Shown here piece after piece: positions 13,982 through 27,569 of a stretch of 64,000 bases of DNA (the first letter of the stretch is position 1; every line of letters starts with the position of its first letter). The notes beneath the pieces are model-generated. The model had not been told where the DNA came from. It ran no database searches and saw only the letters and a program-made list of their open reading frames with translations. A program made the translations under genes and the position numbers. The stretch comes from Eledone cirrhosa (Eukaryota): contig OZ024743.1 of the NCBI GenBank assembly GCA_964016885.1, positions 228,594,001-228,658,000 of the forward strand, given 5' to 3'.

Positions 13982-15644
13982 TTTTATTTAATTTTCAAGA
14001 TAACAAGTGAAGAAGAGTAAGCACTAAGTAAGAGAGAAGACGGCTGGTTTTAATATGCATGATTGCACTTTACGTGCAGCTGTTTGCTGACTTGAATATC
14101 TATAAGGGACACCACCACCTATTTCCACCATCACCAACAACATCATCACTACAACCAGTAACACTGCCATCATTACCACCACCACCACCATTATCACCAC
14201 TGCTATTATTAGCACCACTATCACTCCTACTATCACTACTACTGTCCACCAATACTCCCATCATAACTACCACCACCACCACATCTTCCACAACACCATC
14301 ACCACTACCACAGCTGCTAACACCACCACCATTAACAACAACAACAACACTACTACTGCCACCTCCAGCATCAAAACCCACTACCACCACCACCACCACC
14401 AAACACACCACCATCAACACCATTGCTCCGTCTCCACCAAATTAGATAGTGTAATAGGAAAAAGTGGGCTAGGGCAGTTAATCACAGAGCCTGACCCTGC
14501 AGAAGAAGAAGTGCTTTGTGTTGCTCATTCTTGCCAAGATATTGCCAATGCTGCCATGCAAGGCATGACCAAAACGTACACAACCAGCATCATAACAATT
14601 ATCTCCTCAATAATGCAATTACAGGCAATTTCTGTCAGATTCTGCGAGAATGTATGTAAAAAGGAAAAGTGTCTGCAGAGGTGTATGTAACCATGTAGAG
14701 TCATAACTGACTTACATACAACAAAACATACAAACATACACACACACACACATATGCATACATACACACATCGTTAAATGATGAGGATGGTATATATAAT
14801 AACAAGTCTAGAATCAGCAAGAGATACACAAGGAACATATGTAAGATACAAGTTGTGTAATACTATAGAATATGTATAGCTGAGTAGTGAGGGTGTTTGG
14901 CTCACAATCTTAAGGTCTTGAGTTCAAATCCCACTGGCATATTTTGTACTTGAGCAAGACACTACTAGCAAACTTAGAACATGCAGGAATATATATGACA
15001 GAAGTTGTGTAATATCACAGTATATGGAAGGTGCATAATTTACTTGTTATAATGATCAGCTCATGGTCATACATTTGTGCATTCAATTCCTGGTGGTACA
15101 TTGAACATGATCAAGTAACTTTATTTCATTAATTCAGTCAACTCAGGTGGCAAAAATGTATTGCACTTCAAAGTGCCAACCTTGCAATAGCAGTGTCATG
15201 CTGAATCTCCCTGCAATCTATGTTAAAGGTGCATGTGGAATACTTAACCACTTGACAATAATTTCACAAGTAGGCTACTCTGCTGTTCACAAAATTGGAT
15301 CACTTTCTGTCAGAACTGACAGAGGTCCAGCACATGCACACACATAACAATTGGCTATGGTAATATAGTGTTGGTACAGAGTAGTGTGAAAGCACAACTG
15401 ACTGACTCAGTATAGTGACAGTCAATCAGCAGAAAGGGTAGTGTAGTGATACCCTACTACAACTACAACCACTGCAATGTGTCCATACCAAAAGATATTC
15501 TATCTTTTTGTACCCCCACTTCCATACACAAACAATGGCAAATCAGTAAGTTCAGGTTATATTGAAAGCAGTACTCAAAGTACAGAGAATATATGTTTAT
15601 GTTAGTTTTAGTACCATCCATAATGTATGCTACAATGATATATA

Positions 15645-15855
15645 TATCAGAGCCTTGGGACATATGTATATATATATATATATACATATGTCCCAAGGCT
15701 CTGATACCATCAACACCATAAACACAGAGCTGGGATATCTAAGAACTGACTAACTGCCTGATGAGGTCATAGCCATTCAATGGTTATCATCAAAATATAT
15801 ATAGCAGTAAATAAAGGATTATGAGTTCATGCAATTGACTTATGTTTCGTCACTA
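15645..15855 (+). mobile_element. Penelope-type pseudo-LTR relic: (TA)n-centred palindrome followed by hammerhead motif and AATAAA
   Basis: Perfect palindrome at 15645-15706, hammerhead-like fold at 15753-15808, then AAATAAA. Flanked by (TA)n. Confidence 0.6.
15753..15808 (+). ncRNA. Minimal type I hammerhead ribozyme-like motif (G12 to A mutated)
   Basis: Stem I ACTGC/GCAGT; CTGATGA at 15758-15764; stem II GGTCATAGCCAT-TCA-ATGGTTATCATC (11/12 pairs including GU); AAAA in place of GAAA; palindromic stem III ATATATAT; predicted cleavage after A15803. Confidence 0.7.
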
Positions 15856-18657
15856 TATATATATATATATTATTATTATCAAGTAACATGCAAGCAAGAG
15901 TTGGATGGGTTTTTAGAGATTGAGTCACTACTGAAATGGGGCTACTGATCTTCCAGAAAGGCCAAGAGACCACATTTTACTTACGTACAGTCCTGCATTC
16001 TACAGAGTACATTTTATCTTACCACCAACACTAGTGAAGATGTCATGTCTTTGACATAACTTATGATGAATGAAGCAGCAATAACACAAGCTTGCTTTGG
16101 GAAACTCCAAGTACCTAGGAAGGGGTATGCTAATTTCCCATGTGTTTTATATAATATAATATAATATTATATATATATAAAGCATAGAAAATAGATGTTA
16201 ACAATGATGAAGATACATAGATCATCATTTAAGTTCCATTTTTCCATGCTGGCAAGGTTTGGAAACACACACACAATTATGGTTTGTAAATTTAAAGGTA
16301 TCAAAGTATAAAAGTAGTAACAAACATTTACTGATTGGGGTGACTCCATACATATTGCAGAATCATATGTGTGTGCGTGTGTATATATATATATATATAT
16401 ATACTACATGCATACGCACATGTATATATATATATAACTTGCATATATGCAATCTTATATAATCTTCAATGATTTTTTCTTCCTCCATGAAAATAAAATA
16501 TACAGCATAAAGTCAAGAAGCTGGAGCCAGTAGTCTTTATTATGATGTATGATGGAGTTCAGAGTATAGTGAACCAAGCAAACAGCAAGACAGTGACATG
16601 AAACATCAGTTTGTTAGTTACACATTATCTGATTGAGATCAGTGTTTTTGTCATTGGATGAGGGGAACAAAAAGATTAAATTAAAAAACAACCATACTGA
16701 CTAATAGAACTAAGAACAGAAGAGAAATGAAGAAGAACAACATATAAATAAGAGAATGTAAGCAACAATTTAGTTTGTATTGTCAGCAACTGAGAGGAAA
16801 TTGAGTTCAGAAACAGCATAACCAAGAGAGAGAAAATGTTATTTATCACATGTCAATAAATAAGCAAGCAAACATATAATACATACAAACTGTAATAATA
16901 TTACTACTGTGTGCAAACAAAGATAAGTCACTGCTAAACAAAGATAATTCACTAGAGACTAGGATAAGGAAATAAAATGTAGAATGTGAAAACAGGCAGA
17001 CTTGAGTGAGTACATTGGATAGTTGGTTGGTTGTTTGGTCCAGTTTGTCAATGTTGACAAGTCAGTACTGTCATCAAAGTAAAACATTTTTATAACTAGA
17101 TGTAGGTTTCTATCATGACGTAAGAAATATTAGGGAGGAGGAAGGGTGGAAAAGATTCCTGGCATAAATACTATAGTGTAAAGTTAAAACAAATGACTGA
17201 GATTAATGCTAGATTTATTACAGTTGTTGCTGCTGGTATTGTTTAAAAAGGGAAATGAATTAATTAACTGTTGTTTAAAAAGAGCTGTGAATTAGCAAAG
17301 TCATTAGAGCAATGGATTAAATGCTTTGGGAATTTATTATGGCTTTCTGTTCTCTGAATTCAAAACCTGCTGAGCTCAACTTTGCCTTTCATCCTTTGAG
17401 GGGCTGATAAATAAATTATTGGTCCAGGGATGGTTTATTGGTAGAATTGTTAAAGGGTCTGAGATAATGCTTTGTAGGGTACTGATTTAGCCTCAATGCT
17501 TTCTGAATTCAAATACCACCACCTTCTGCAACTGTCAGGCAAATTTGACAATAATGGGTTTTGAACACTGAGGTATTTAATCCAACACCCTAACAACTCT
17601 GCCAATTTGCTGCAGCATATCGTAAGTTTCCCAAACAGATTGTCATTAAACAGTAGGTCTAGTCTACATATGCCCAACTGAGTCTTTAATAGAGAGTAGT
17701 TATAATAAGTGGTAAATTAGCAGTCATTAGAATATTGGATTAAATGCTTCAGAACTTTTTCTGGCTGACTTCTCTCTGTATTGGAACAGTACCGTTGAGA
17801 CCAACTTTGCTGTACATCCCTTTTTTGAGGTAGTGATAGTGGTAGGTTGATAAATAAAGTACTAGTCAAGGGATAGTGGATTGTCAGAATTGTTAAAGAA
17901 TCAGACAGAAGGCTTTGTAGTAACTGATCAAGCACTTCGTGTGTTGAGTTCAAATCCCACCTCCTCTTGTAAGGAATTGCAACCAGCAGATAGTATCAGT
18001 AATGGAAAGACTAATGGAAATATTGTCTATTTGGTTCAATCTGCCAATCATTCCTTGTCCTTACCTTGGCACTAAGGCCACATACTTACAAGGAAAGGAA
18101 CACCATTAACTGAGTGTCACCACATTTTATCAACCCCTAAACGGATGAAAGGATAAAGTAACCCGGAGGATTTCAATTAGAAGTTGATTTAATCTAATAC
18201 TACAAAGACTTTTTATGCTCTATTGATTCTGTCAATCCAACCACCAATGATTGTAATAATTAATGATAACAACAGTGATAATAATCTTTATTTTGACACA
18301 AGGTCAGTTATAACAATCTATAACTGTGATACAAGGCCATGATAATAATAATCATTAGCTGTGATACAATATCACAGTTATAATAATCTGTAGCTATGAT
18401 ACAATATTACAGTTAAAATGTTATGTAGCTGTGACTCAATGCCATGTATTTGTATGAGAGAAATATAGTTGATTAAATTATTCTACAGTATATTGTCAAT
18501 AGTAATTTTCATGATTCTTGAAGGATGACAGAAAAGTTAAACCTAACAAGACTTGGTATTCATATAGTTCAGTGAGGACAAGTGAATATGTTCTGTTGAA
18601 AAACTATTTTTAAATCTTAACATCCTGTAATGATTTAGCAAACATATAGTATCTTTA

Positions 18658-18812
18658 GGCAGAGAATTGGCAGAGCTGTTAGAACGTTGGACAGAATGCT
18701 TTCTGGTACTCACTCCAGTTCTCTGTTCTCGGAGTTCAAATCCTGCCAAGGTCAACTTTGCCTTTCATCCTTTCAAGGTCGATAAAAAAAATTAACAATC
18801 TAGTACTGGGGT
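18658..18812 (+). mobile_element. SINE family A
   Basis: GGCAGAGAATTGGCAGAGC..GGAGTTCAAATCCTGCCAAGGTCAACTTTGCCTTTCATCCTTTCAAGGTCGATAAA. A cluster of older copies lies at 17280-18250. Confidence 0.8.
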
Positions 18813-19639
18813 CAATTCTTCTTCTATATCTTTCTCATTTCCTCTCTCTCACTTTCCATCTTTCTCTGGAAGAAATCTGCTGTACTCAGGCCTGGGGAGG
18901 GATGGGCTCCACTAGGCTTAAAATCCCAAGAAACGCTGTATGTACACTGCCCCTACAACTCTATCGGGAGTTATGGGACCATACATACATAGTATCTTTA
19001 CTACTGAACAGATCATTGTGAAAATTTACACTATTAAGTTAAATATTTTAATGTTTAATGTGATGCAGTCATAGTGCTGTTTTATACTTTTCAAAAATGT
19101 CTTGCTAAATCAGTTTCATACAGAGTAGGATTGGATAATATCAAGATATGGTAGTGTAAGAAAGTAAAAATCTATGATATTACCAGTATAAAGGTAAAAA
19201 TGAAAGATTTCCATGATAAACATTGGGGACCAACTAATATAAGATCTTTCCTTTGTGAAAACAGTTTATTCTCTTCTGTGTTATAAATACATTTTCAAAC
19301 TAAAATATGTAGTATTTAGAGTTTTAATTAACATGAGCAAGCAGGCATGCACATAAACACACATGCTAGTCTGCATATATATACACACAAACAAAGACAT
19401 GTATATACACACAATGACATACAAACGCAGAATTTTGAATAACAACTTATGGTATTAATTAAAACGTCCTTTAAAACAAAATATAAAATTTAATAGAATA
19501 AAACAAGTAGTAGTAGTAGTAGCAGCAGCAGCAAAATTTTAAAATAATTCAAACTTTTGACATTTTGTGCTTGTTAGATATTCAAATTTAGATTTGAAAA
19601 TGAAAAGAACAGAAAAAACACATGCATATATAAATGCAT

Positions 19640-19678
<39 letters not shown>

Positions 19679-22600
19679 ATGTGTGTGTGTGTGTGTGTGG
19701 TGAACTAACTGTTGTATATATGAATATATATAAATATATACATACATATAGAAACACATATATGAACGCACTTATACACACTCACATGCATGCAAGCACA
19801 TATAAAATGGATACAAAATAAGGAAAAACTGTGACAATAAAACCAAGATGGAGGAAGCCAGTGAAAATGTTATTATTCTGAATAAATCAATAATTCCTAA
19901 AACCGAATGGTTTGATAATCAAATTACCAGCTTCTAATCTAAATATAAAATAGATTCTCACTTTGGAACAAATGATAGCATCATACGAAAGTAAGAAATT
20001 ATACTAGTATCAAACATCAAATATATAACAAAAATTCCAAAATTAGACGTTTTTTCCTCGGCAGCAACCAGCTTCTTTTTATAAGAGTGAGTAAGCAAGA
20101 GAGCACTTTTAGTTATCTTCATCCAAAGATAGCTATGTTGAAAATATTCACTTCTTTTTCACTCAATGACTACCATTAGAATGATGTATATTTCACCAAT
20201 TAGGGGCTGGGGTGGATGTATAGGTATGTGAAAAATATGAAATGAAATTTACAGCTCTCACCTATGTAGGCTGGCGTCCTACAAGGTTATACCTCAAAGG
20301 AAGTTTTTTGGTGTTTTAATGATAAAGGCTTAAGTACTATGATGAAAAACCATGTGAAATGAAGTGACTTGCTCAAGAACACAACATACCAACTACTCTA
20401 GGAATCAAACTTTTGACTTTATGATCATTAACAAATGAACAATAAAGAAAACCATAAAATGGAACATATGAATAACATGTGGTCCCCTGACCCATATATT
20501 ATAGGACAATAATTACCTGTCTAACCCCTACCAGTAAAGAAATCATCATTATTGTCATCATCATTTAATGTTTATTCTTCCATGCTGACATGGGTTGGAT
20601 AGGTCTTCATAGAATAAGCCAATACTTAATCAGAGCTTTGGATGTCTTGGATGGGCCAGAGTGTACTGGGTGCATTTTATCACATCAGCACTAAAAGAAT
20701 GGTTATGTCCTTGAAAAAACTAAAGTATTTTCAATCCTGTTTGACAAGTTTTCTCTGGAAAGCGGATGTAAAATGATGATGATAATGATGATGATGATGT
20801 TAATAAAACAATAATAATAGTAAAATAATAAAAGAAGGATAAGAAAGAATTTATAAAATAAAAAAAGTCTATAGTTTGGTCATAAAAGATAGCACATCAA
20901 CACACATCATTGGTTTCAATTTGAAGTTACAAACTATTGAAATTTAATTTAATTATGTTGAAAAATGACAGAATGTTTGTATGTCTCATCTGTTTAGTAA
21001 GCTGTATTGTAATGTTATTTTTTGTTGTAGCATTGTTGTTGCAATCATGTTATAACAGTAGTTGTTGTTGTAGTAGTAGTAGTAATAATAATAGTAGTAG
21101 TGGTAGTACTTGTAGTTGTTGGAGTTTTTCCTCTCCTGTTGTTTTTGACATTCAAAATAGAGCAAGGAGACATTTTCATTTTCAAAAGAAAGAAAGAATA
21201 GTCTACCAAACTATTTAATGAAATGAAATTATGAACTGTAAGTTTATCAACTATAAAGAATGTTTATGTTACATAAAGTGAATGGATTAGACACATGTAT
21301 GTGTGTATATATGTCTGTATGTGTGTGTTTGCAGATATGTATGCATATGTGTGTGTGGGTGTATATATGTATGTTTTTATACTTATATGTATATATTCAT
21401 GTATGTATATATGTATATATCTATGCATATATACATGCACACCACGTGGTGGTGTGCATGTATATTGCTTTTGTTCCTTGATATATGTGTGAGTGATATA
21501 TGTATGTGTGAGTGTGTGAATGCATGTACATATGTATACATAGTTTTAGTATTAGTAAGTAGGTAGTTTGTAAATGTGTGCAACACAAGATGGAACATTC
21601 ATGTAGTATAAGGTAATGCTTATCTGTGTAAGTGAATGATATATTCATATATACAAATGCAAACATACACACACACAAGTGTGTGTGTGTATATATACAC
21701 TCACACAAAGTAGAGCTTATCTTTACCTGCAAGTTAGGGTGCAGGTTGTGTATGTAGTGTAAAATAGAGAACTAGGTGTCTGTGTGTGTGTGTGCCTATA
21801 TGTGCATGTGTGTGTGTGTGGTAGGTCATGATTGTGTACTGTGGTGTTTACCTTTGTTCTTTGCCGATATTTATCTATCTTGCCATCTCTTTAATCTCAG
21901 TTACTTACAGTTCTCTGTCTTGTTGATTTCATATAGATTACATAATACAATGTACTGTATTTGGACATTAGTAGCCATTCTAGCTATCAGCCAAGCATCA
22001 AACTAAATAGAAGCCAATGTTCACCCATGTCTCGCTTTCCATCTCTCTCTCTATCTTGCCGTGTCTCTCTCGCCTTATCTCTCTCGCTCTCCATCTCAAT
22101 GCCTGACTCTTTCTCCATCTCCCTGTCTATCCCACTATCCATCTGTTTCCCTCTATCCATCTGTTTCTCCCTCCTAATATGTAACAAAGCTCCATGTACG
22201 TATAGGAAGAATTGATCTGTGATATGCAGGATGGAGGAGACCATGTCTGTTCAAGCTTACTTGAAGCCACTTTCTCATATGTATATGCATAGATAGATGG
22301 CATGTGTGTATGTATGAGATGTAAGTGTGCATGATTTGTGTATGCAGTTATGACATGGAAATATGTGGCTTAATTATTAAGGTGTTCATCTCCTGATCAT
22401 AAGGTTATAAGATGAATACGTTTCAGTGTGTTTTGTCTTGAGTCAGCCATTTTATTTTACATTACACCAGTCAATTCATCCAGAAAAAAAGACAAACTTA
22501 TCTGATCTTCAAGTACCAGATATGTAAGATCTGCAAACCATTCATTCAACATTTTTCATAAATGACACTGCCTATGAATTTCAAATAATTTTGAAAATCA

Positions 22601-23017
22601 TCAAGAATTTAAAAGGATTTAGAGTTATAACTAACTTTCTCATTATTAAACAGGTGTTTGGAACATAGAATAATTATGGGTCTTAGATAAAATTATGAAA
22701 GGAGCTTTTAGATAAATATAGACACTTTAAAATAAACAGGTTTGTATCATCAATCTAGGGGCTGTTTCATGTTGTTTGGTATCAAAAGTACTAAATTTAA
22801 AATAACCAGTGTTAATTGACAGAGACAGATTTTGTTGCAATTGTTATTACGGATGAAAAACGGGATGAAAAAAATCCTGATAAATAATTAGAGTTTTAAT
22901 ATTCCTTTATATTAAAAACATGGGCGGAGGTGGTGAGATGCTGTGCTGAATAGGACACGTCCCACCCTTGCAAGCAGAGAAAAGCGGACATAAAATGATG
23001 ATGATGAAGATGATGAT

Positions 23018-23137
23018 TAAGGCTAAAAAGTGAGTCTTGTTACTTTGGAGTTTTGCTTGTTTATCACAGTTCTTGTCTGATGAACCTGTGATAAACAGAC
23101 AAAACTCCAGAGTAACAAGACTTACTTTTTAGCCTTA
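23018..23137 (+). mobile_element. Fold-back element containing a hammerhead-like motif
   Basis: Inverted arms of ~54 bp. In the right part: stem I TCTTGT/ACAAGA, CTGATGA at 23077-23083, stem II CTGT-GATAA-ACAG, AAAA in place of GAAA, stem III ACTC-CA-GAGT, and triplet GUA ending at 23114. Confidence 0.7.
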
Positions 23138-23230
23138 GTGTGGAAAATGAACGTTAAACAATGATGATTATATATATATATGTATATATATATATATACA
23201 AAGAAATGATATATATATATCTATATCTAT

Positions 23231-23620
23231 GGAGGTACATGGCTTAGTGGTTAGAGCATTGGCCTTGCAATCAAAAGGTTGTGAGTTCAATTCTCAGACC
23301 AGGTGATGTGTTGTTTCCTTGAGCAAGACACTTTATTTCACATTGCTCCAGTTTACTCAGCTGTAGAAATGAGATGATAGGACTGGGGTCCCTACCATTC
23401 CACTGCAAAGTGGTCGTGGAGGTGCCACGGCAAAAAAGCACCCAGCCAACACTGTAAAGTGGATGTGTAGGCGCCATGGAAAAAAAGCAACCAGCACTCA
23501 CTGTAAATGAGGTTGGTGTTAGGAAGCGCATCGACCTGTAGAAATCAGGCCAGAATCGGTTCCTGTCCCACCCTTGCAAGCAGGGAAAAGCAGACGTAAA
23601 ATGATGATAAAATGATGATG
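23231..23620 (+). mobile_element. Chimeric SINE: family C head, RTE-A 3'UTR, RTE-B terminus
   Basis: Close full-length match to 50043-50425. The middle matches 32942-33110(-) and the end matches 39840-39900(-). Confidence 0.85.
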
Positions 23621-23660
<40 letters not shown>

Positions 23661-23679
23661 TGAGAGAGAGAGAGAGAGT

Positions 23680-23720
<41 letters not shown>

Positions 23721-24499
23721 GGTGAAATATATATATAGAGAGAAAGATATATAAAGGAAGAATCAACCTGGTATTGAACTGGTATATTATTTATTGACCT
23801 TAAAAGGATGGAAGCTAAAGTTGGCCTCAGCAACATTTGGACTGAGAGTACAGTGAACCAGAACACAAAGCATTCTATCTTATGTTCAAATGATTGACAC
23901 TTATAGTATCTTGTGTGTTAATTTGTGAATAGATGTGAACTGAAGTAAACCTGCCATAGAGGATGGATATTTGACGATTAGTGTTTATATTTGTTTATCT
24001 CAATTTAACTGACATTTGTCAGTGTTTACCAATCCTATATTCATATATATGGGACATAGAAAATACGTATGTCCATATTATGTGTCTGTGTATATATATA
24101 TATATAAAGAAGAAAGCAGAAAGATAGATGGTCATCAACAGAATATGTCAACTGCAATACATGAGCATTACATAACCCATGTCATTTGGTGCATCAGAGA
24201 AGCACTTATCCAACATATGTCAACTGATGCATAGCATAAGCACTCGTTGACAGTGGATCTGTGCATTTACATAGTCTTTGCAATTGATGTATTGAACAAA
24301 ATTTCACAATTTTAATTAATTGCGGCATTTTTATATGTGGCCTGCTCGTTGATTTTATCAGGAAAAAAACTGTTAGTGGCAGCCAGTTAGATGTATATAT
24401 CTCAATTGATGATGATGATGAGGAGGAGGAGGAGAAGAAGAACCCTAAGTGAGGAAACCTTGCTAGTAATAGAAAGGGAAGAGGGCATATTGAAAACAA

Positions 24500-25392
24500 A
24501 GAAGGGGGAGGTAATAAAACAAGAAGAAACACTACTCTACAAGGGGTTAGATAGATAATTTCACATGGTCACAAGTGAAATTAGTAAAGAACATTTGTAG
24601 GATTGGCTGAAAAAAATGAAGAAAGGATTATTTAAAAAGATGACTGAGATTACTATAATTGTAGTGCAAGACCCAGCTTTGGCTACAAATTGGAGAATCA
24701 GTCTTAGAAATGAGCAAGTGTCTTTGTTGTTATGCCATGTATGCAAGGAATTTGACAAAACTATTGCACATATTGTAATAGAATGTCCTAGACTTGTCCT
24801 AAACCAGTTTAAGTTGTAGAGACATATGATGAGAAGGCAAAGTGGGAGTTAGAGATATGTAAGACATGGTATGACCACAAACCAGAGAGAGTGACTTGTA
24901 AAATCCTGTGAGATTTACCAATTCAAAAGGACCAGATGCTTGAGCACAACAAACTGGATTAGTGATGGTGGACAAAGTAAATTATGAGTGTGTTGTAGTT
25001 GACATTGTATGCACATTTGACACTCAGAAGTTAAGAAGAAAGTTAAAATGTAGACATATACAATCCTCTTAAATACAAGATAGACCAAATGGAAAATGAA
25101 AAAGGTGAAGATCATATCGACTGTAGTTGGGGCCTTGGGGACAGTATCAAAAGATATTGAGAGGAACATAAAGAACATGGGAATATAGTGTCCTGTAAAA
25201 AAAACTATTGTAAAACGTTTGCCTCAGCTCAGTCAAAAATATTAGGAAAGTAGTAGTTAGTTGGGGAGAACAAATAGCATGGTACCATAAGCTGCAGCTA
25301 GCAAGCCCCCTACACATGCAAGAATCCAGTAGTTCCTAAAAAAACCTGAGATAAAAGAATAAATAAATAATGATAATAATAATAATAATAAT
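24500..25392 (+). mobile_element. Decayed R4/Dong-like non-LTR retrotransposon 3' end (zinc knuckle plus RLE endonuclease)
   Basis: Translates to GLFKKMTEITIIVVQDPALATN..CHVCKEFDKTIAHIVIECPRL..WYDHKPE..KIL*D..VVGALGTV, typical of R4-clade C-termini. Ends in (TAA)n. Confidence 0.75.
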
Positions 25393-25980
25393 GATTTCTT
25401 TATTGGCCACATGGGCTGACATCAAGAAATATATTACAGATGGTACAGGACGGTATGATGTGGGTTTTGTGTGTGTAAAGATTTTTATTATTTATATAAG
25501 AAACGAAAAAGAAAAAAGACATAGAAACATATATATATATAAACAATAAAAATGAAAATTCAAACAATGAAAAATTTCCCAAAAGGGGTAAACCTCCAAG
25601 GGTTACTCATGGCGAAAACCACACAAAAAGACCACGGCCACCCTGACCACCAGGGCAAGCACCCTCTCTCAATTTTTCTATTCCTCAAACTACAAGCGTA
25701 TATTCAGAGTGGTCCCGTTTACTTGGACCATTCTCGCTACATTCACCCACCTTTCAACAAACTTGCTAGAAGGCAGCACTTGCCTCTCCACCCTGATTTT
25801 CCTCTTCAAGTGAAACTTGAAAAAGTTAATCAGGGATTTGCCGAAGAGGAAAGTGTCTGTCTTTAACCCTTTCAACCTTATCCACCACACAATCTCTTTT
25901 GCCAAGGCCATCAGGCAGATGAAAACCGCTTGCCCTTCCTCCTCGATGGAAGACGGCGAGACCATCTGCACAATGGACTC
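25393..25980 (-). mobile_element. Tx1/L1-like LINE 3' fragment, copy 1
   Basis: ORF 25690-25971 (ALAKEIVWWIRLKGL..FFKFHLKRKIRVER..FVERW) is homologous to 26176-26460. Ends AATAAAGAAAT and abuts (TAA)n. Confidence 0.65.
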
Positions 25981-25992
25981 ATAATAATAATG

Positions 25993-26652
25993 ATTTCTTT
26001 ATTAGTCACACAGGGGTCACATTAAGGAAACATTAAAGATGATACAGGATGATACAGTGTGGGTTTTTCTTTGTGTAAAATAAAATTTATAAAAGAGACT
26101 AAGAAAATAAACATTTAAAACAAACATTTAAAACAAACATAAATTCCTCAAAGTTGAAGAGACTCTAAGGGTCACTCATGTAGAAGTCCCACAAAAAACT
26201 CGATTACTGTCTGCTCGGGCAAAATTCCCTCTCCCATCTACAGGCGTATACTCAAGGCAGGCCCATTCACACGGACCAATGCTCGCCACTCTCACCCTCC
26301 TTTCAACAAACTGGTTAGAAGGCAGCACTTCCTTCTCCACCCTGATTTTCCTCTTCAAGTGAAATCTAAAAAAGTTAATCAGGGTTTTGCCAAAGAGGGA
26401 GATAGCTGTCTTCAACCTTTTCAAATGCTTCCACCACATGACCGCTTGCATCATGGCCACTAGGCAGATAAAAACTGTCCTCCCTGTGTAGAGGAGGATT
26501 GTGGGGTGATCTTCACAATGGATTCAGTTGATAGTTAGATCCATCTTATACGTGACAGCAGGTGCTCGACATAAACCCACTGGTCAGCAACACTCGGACA
26601 TTCGACGGGTGTGTACAGAAACGTTTTCATCACCATGCGCACACTTTGGACA
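25993..26652 (-). mobile_element. Tx1/L1-like LINE 3' fragment, copy 2, with CCHC zinc finger
   Basis: Minus strand gives CPKCAHGDENVSVH..ECPSVADQW (zf-RVT-like), then the same C-terminus as copy 1. Flanked by (TAA)n. Confidence 0.7.
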
Positions 26653-26967
26653 TGATAATAATAATAATGATGATGGTGATATAAAATATCATACTAATAT
26701 CCCCCAACCCCACCAAAAATTACTTTTTATTTCTAAAAAAATAAACAAATGATATTTGAATCAGAATAATTGATGAAAACAACTTCAAACAATATCTGTA
26801 TAGGTATATATAAATGAGAAACTATAATAACAGCTATTTAATTGAATCAAAAAATTTACTTTATAGAAAATGAGATATTTTAATTTTGCAATTTATCCAT
26901 TTTTCTCCAAAAAATATAAGTGTATAGATGTGAATTTGCATATATATATATATTAATACTTGTTGGA

Positions 26968-27017
<50 letters not shown>

Positions 27018-27258
27018 TCCGACAAGTATTAATAAATGGAGAAGGGGGAAATGAAAAATATAATTATGAAATTGAAAATCAAAATACTCATATTTGATTT
27101 CATATTTTATGGGTGTTCAGCTTGTAACTCCACTTAAAATGTATATAGCTTGTTTGCTTAATTCATTAAGAAAACATATTAATAATGCAATAACTGTTTT
27201 TGAAATAATGAACAATAGGTGGATAAATTTATTTTATTTATTTACTTCCTTTCTAAAC

Positions 27259-27319
<61 letters not shown>

Positions 27320-27499
27320 TTATAATTATCACAATGGTAATATATTAAACATCAGAGGATTAACTTGCCGCCAAACCAATACAGAATTATAATTTTCACA
27401 AATACACCGAGTATACCGGGAGACATCAAAAGTATGTCTGTGTATAGATATATATATTTATTTAAATATAGATAGATATACACACATGTATGTATGTGA

Positions 27500-27546
<47 letters not shown>

Positions 27547-27569
27547 CACACACACACATATGCATTCAC

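Noticed and set aside
14480-14700. Unique island with a good minus-strand acceptor (TTTTACATACATTCTCGCAG)
   Set aside because: Frames are short or stop-interrupted, with no recognisable protein and no convincing donor. It cannot be supported as an exon.
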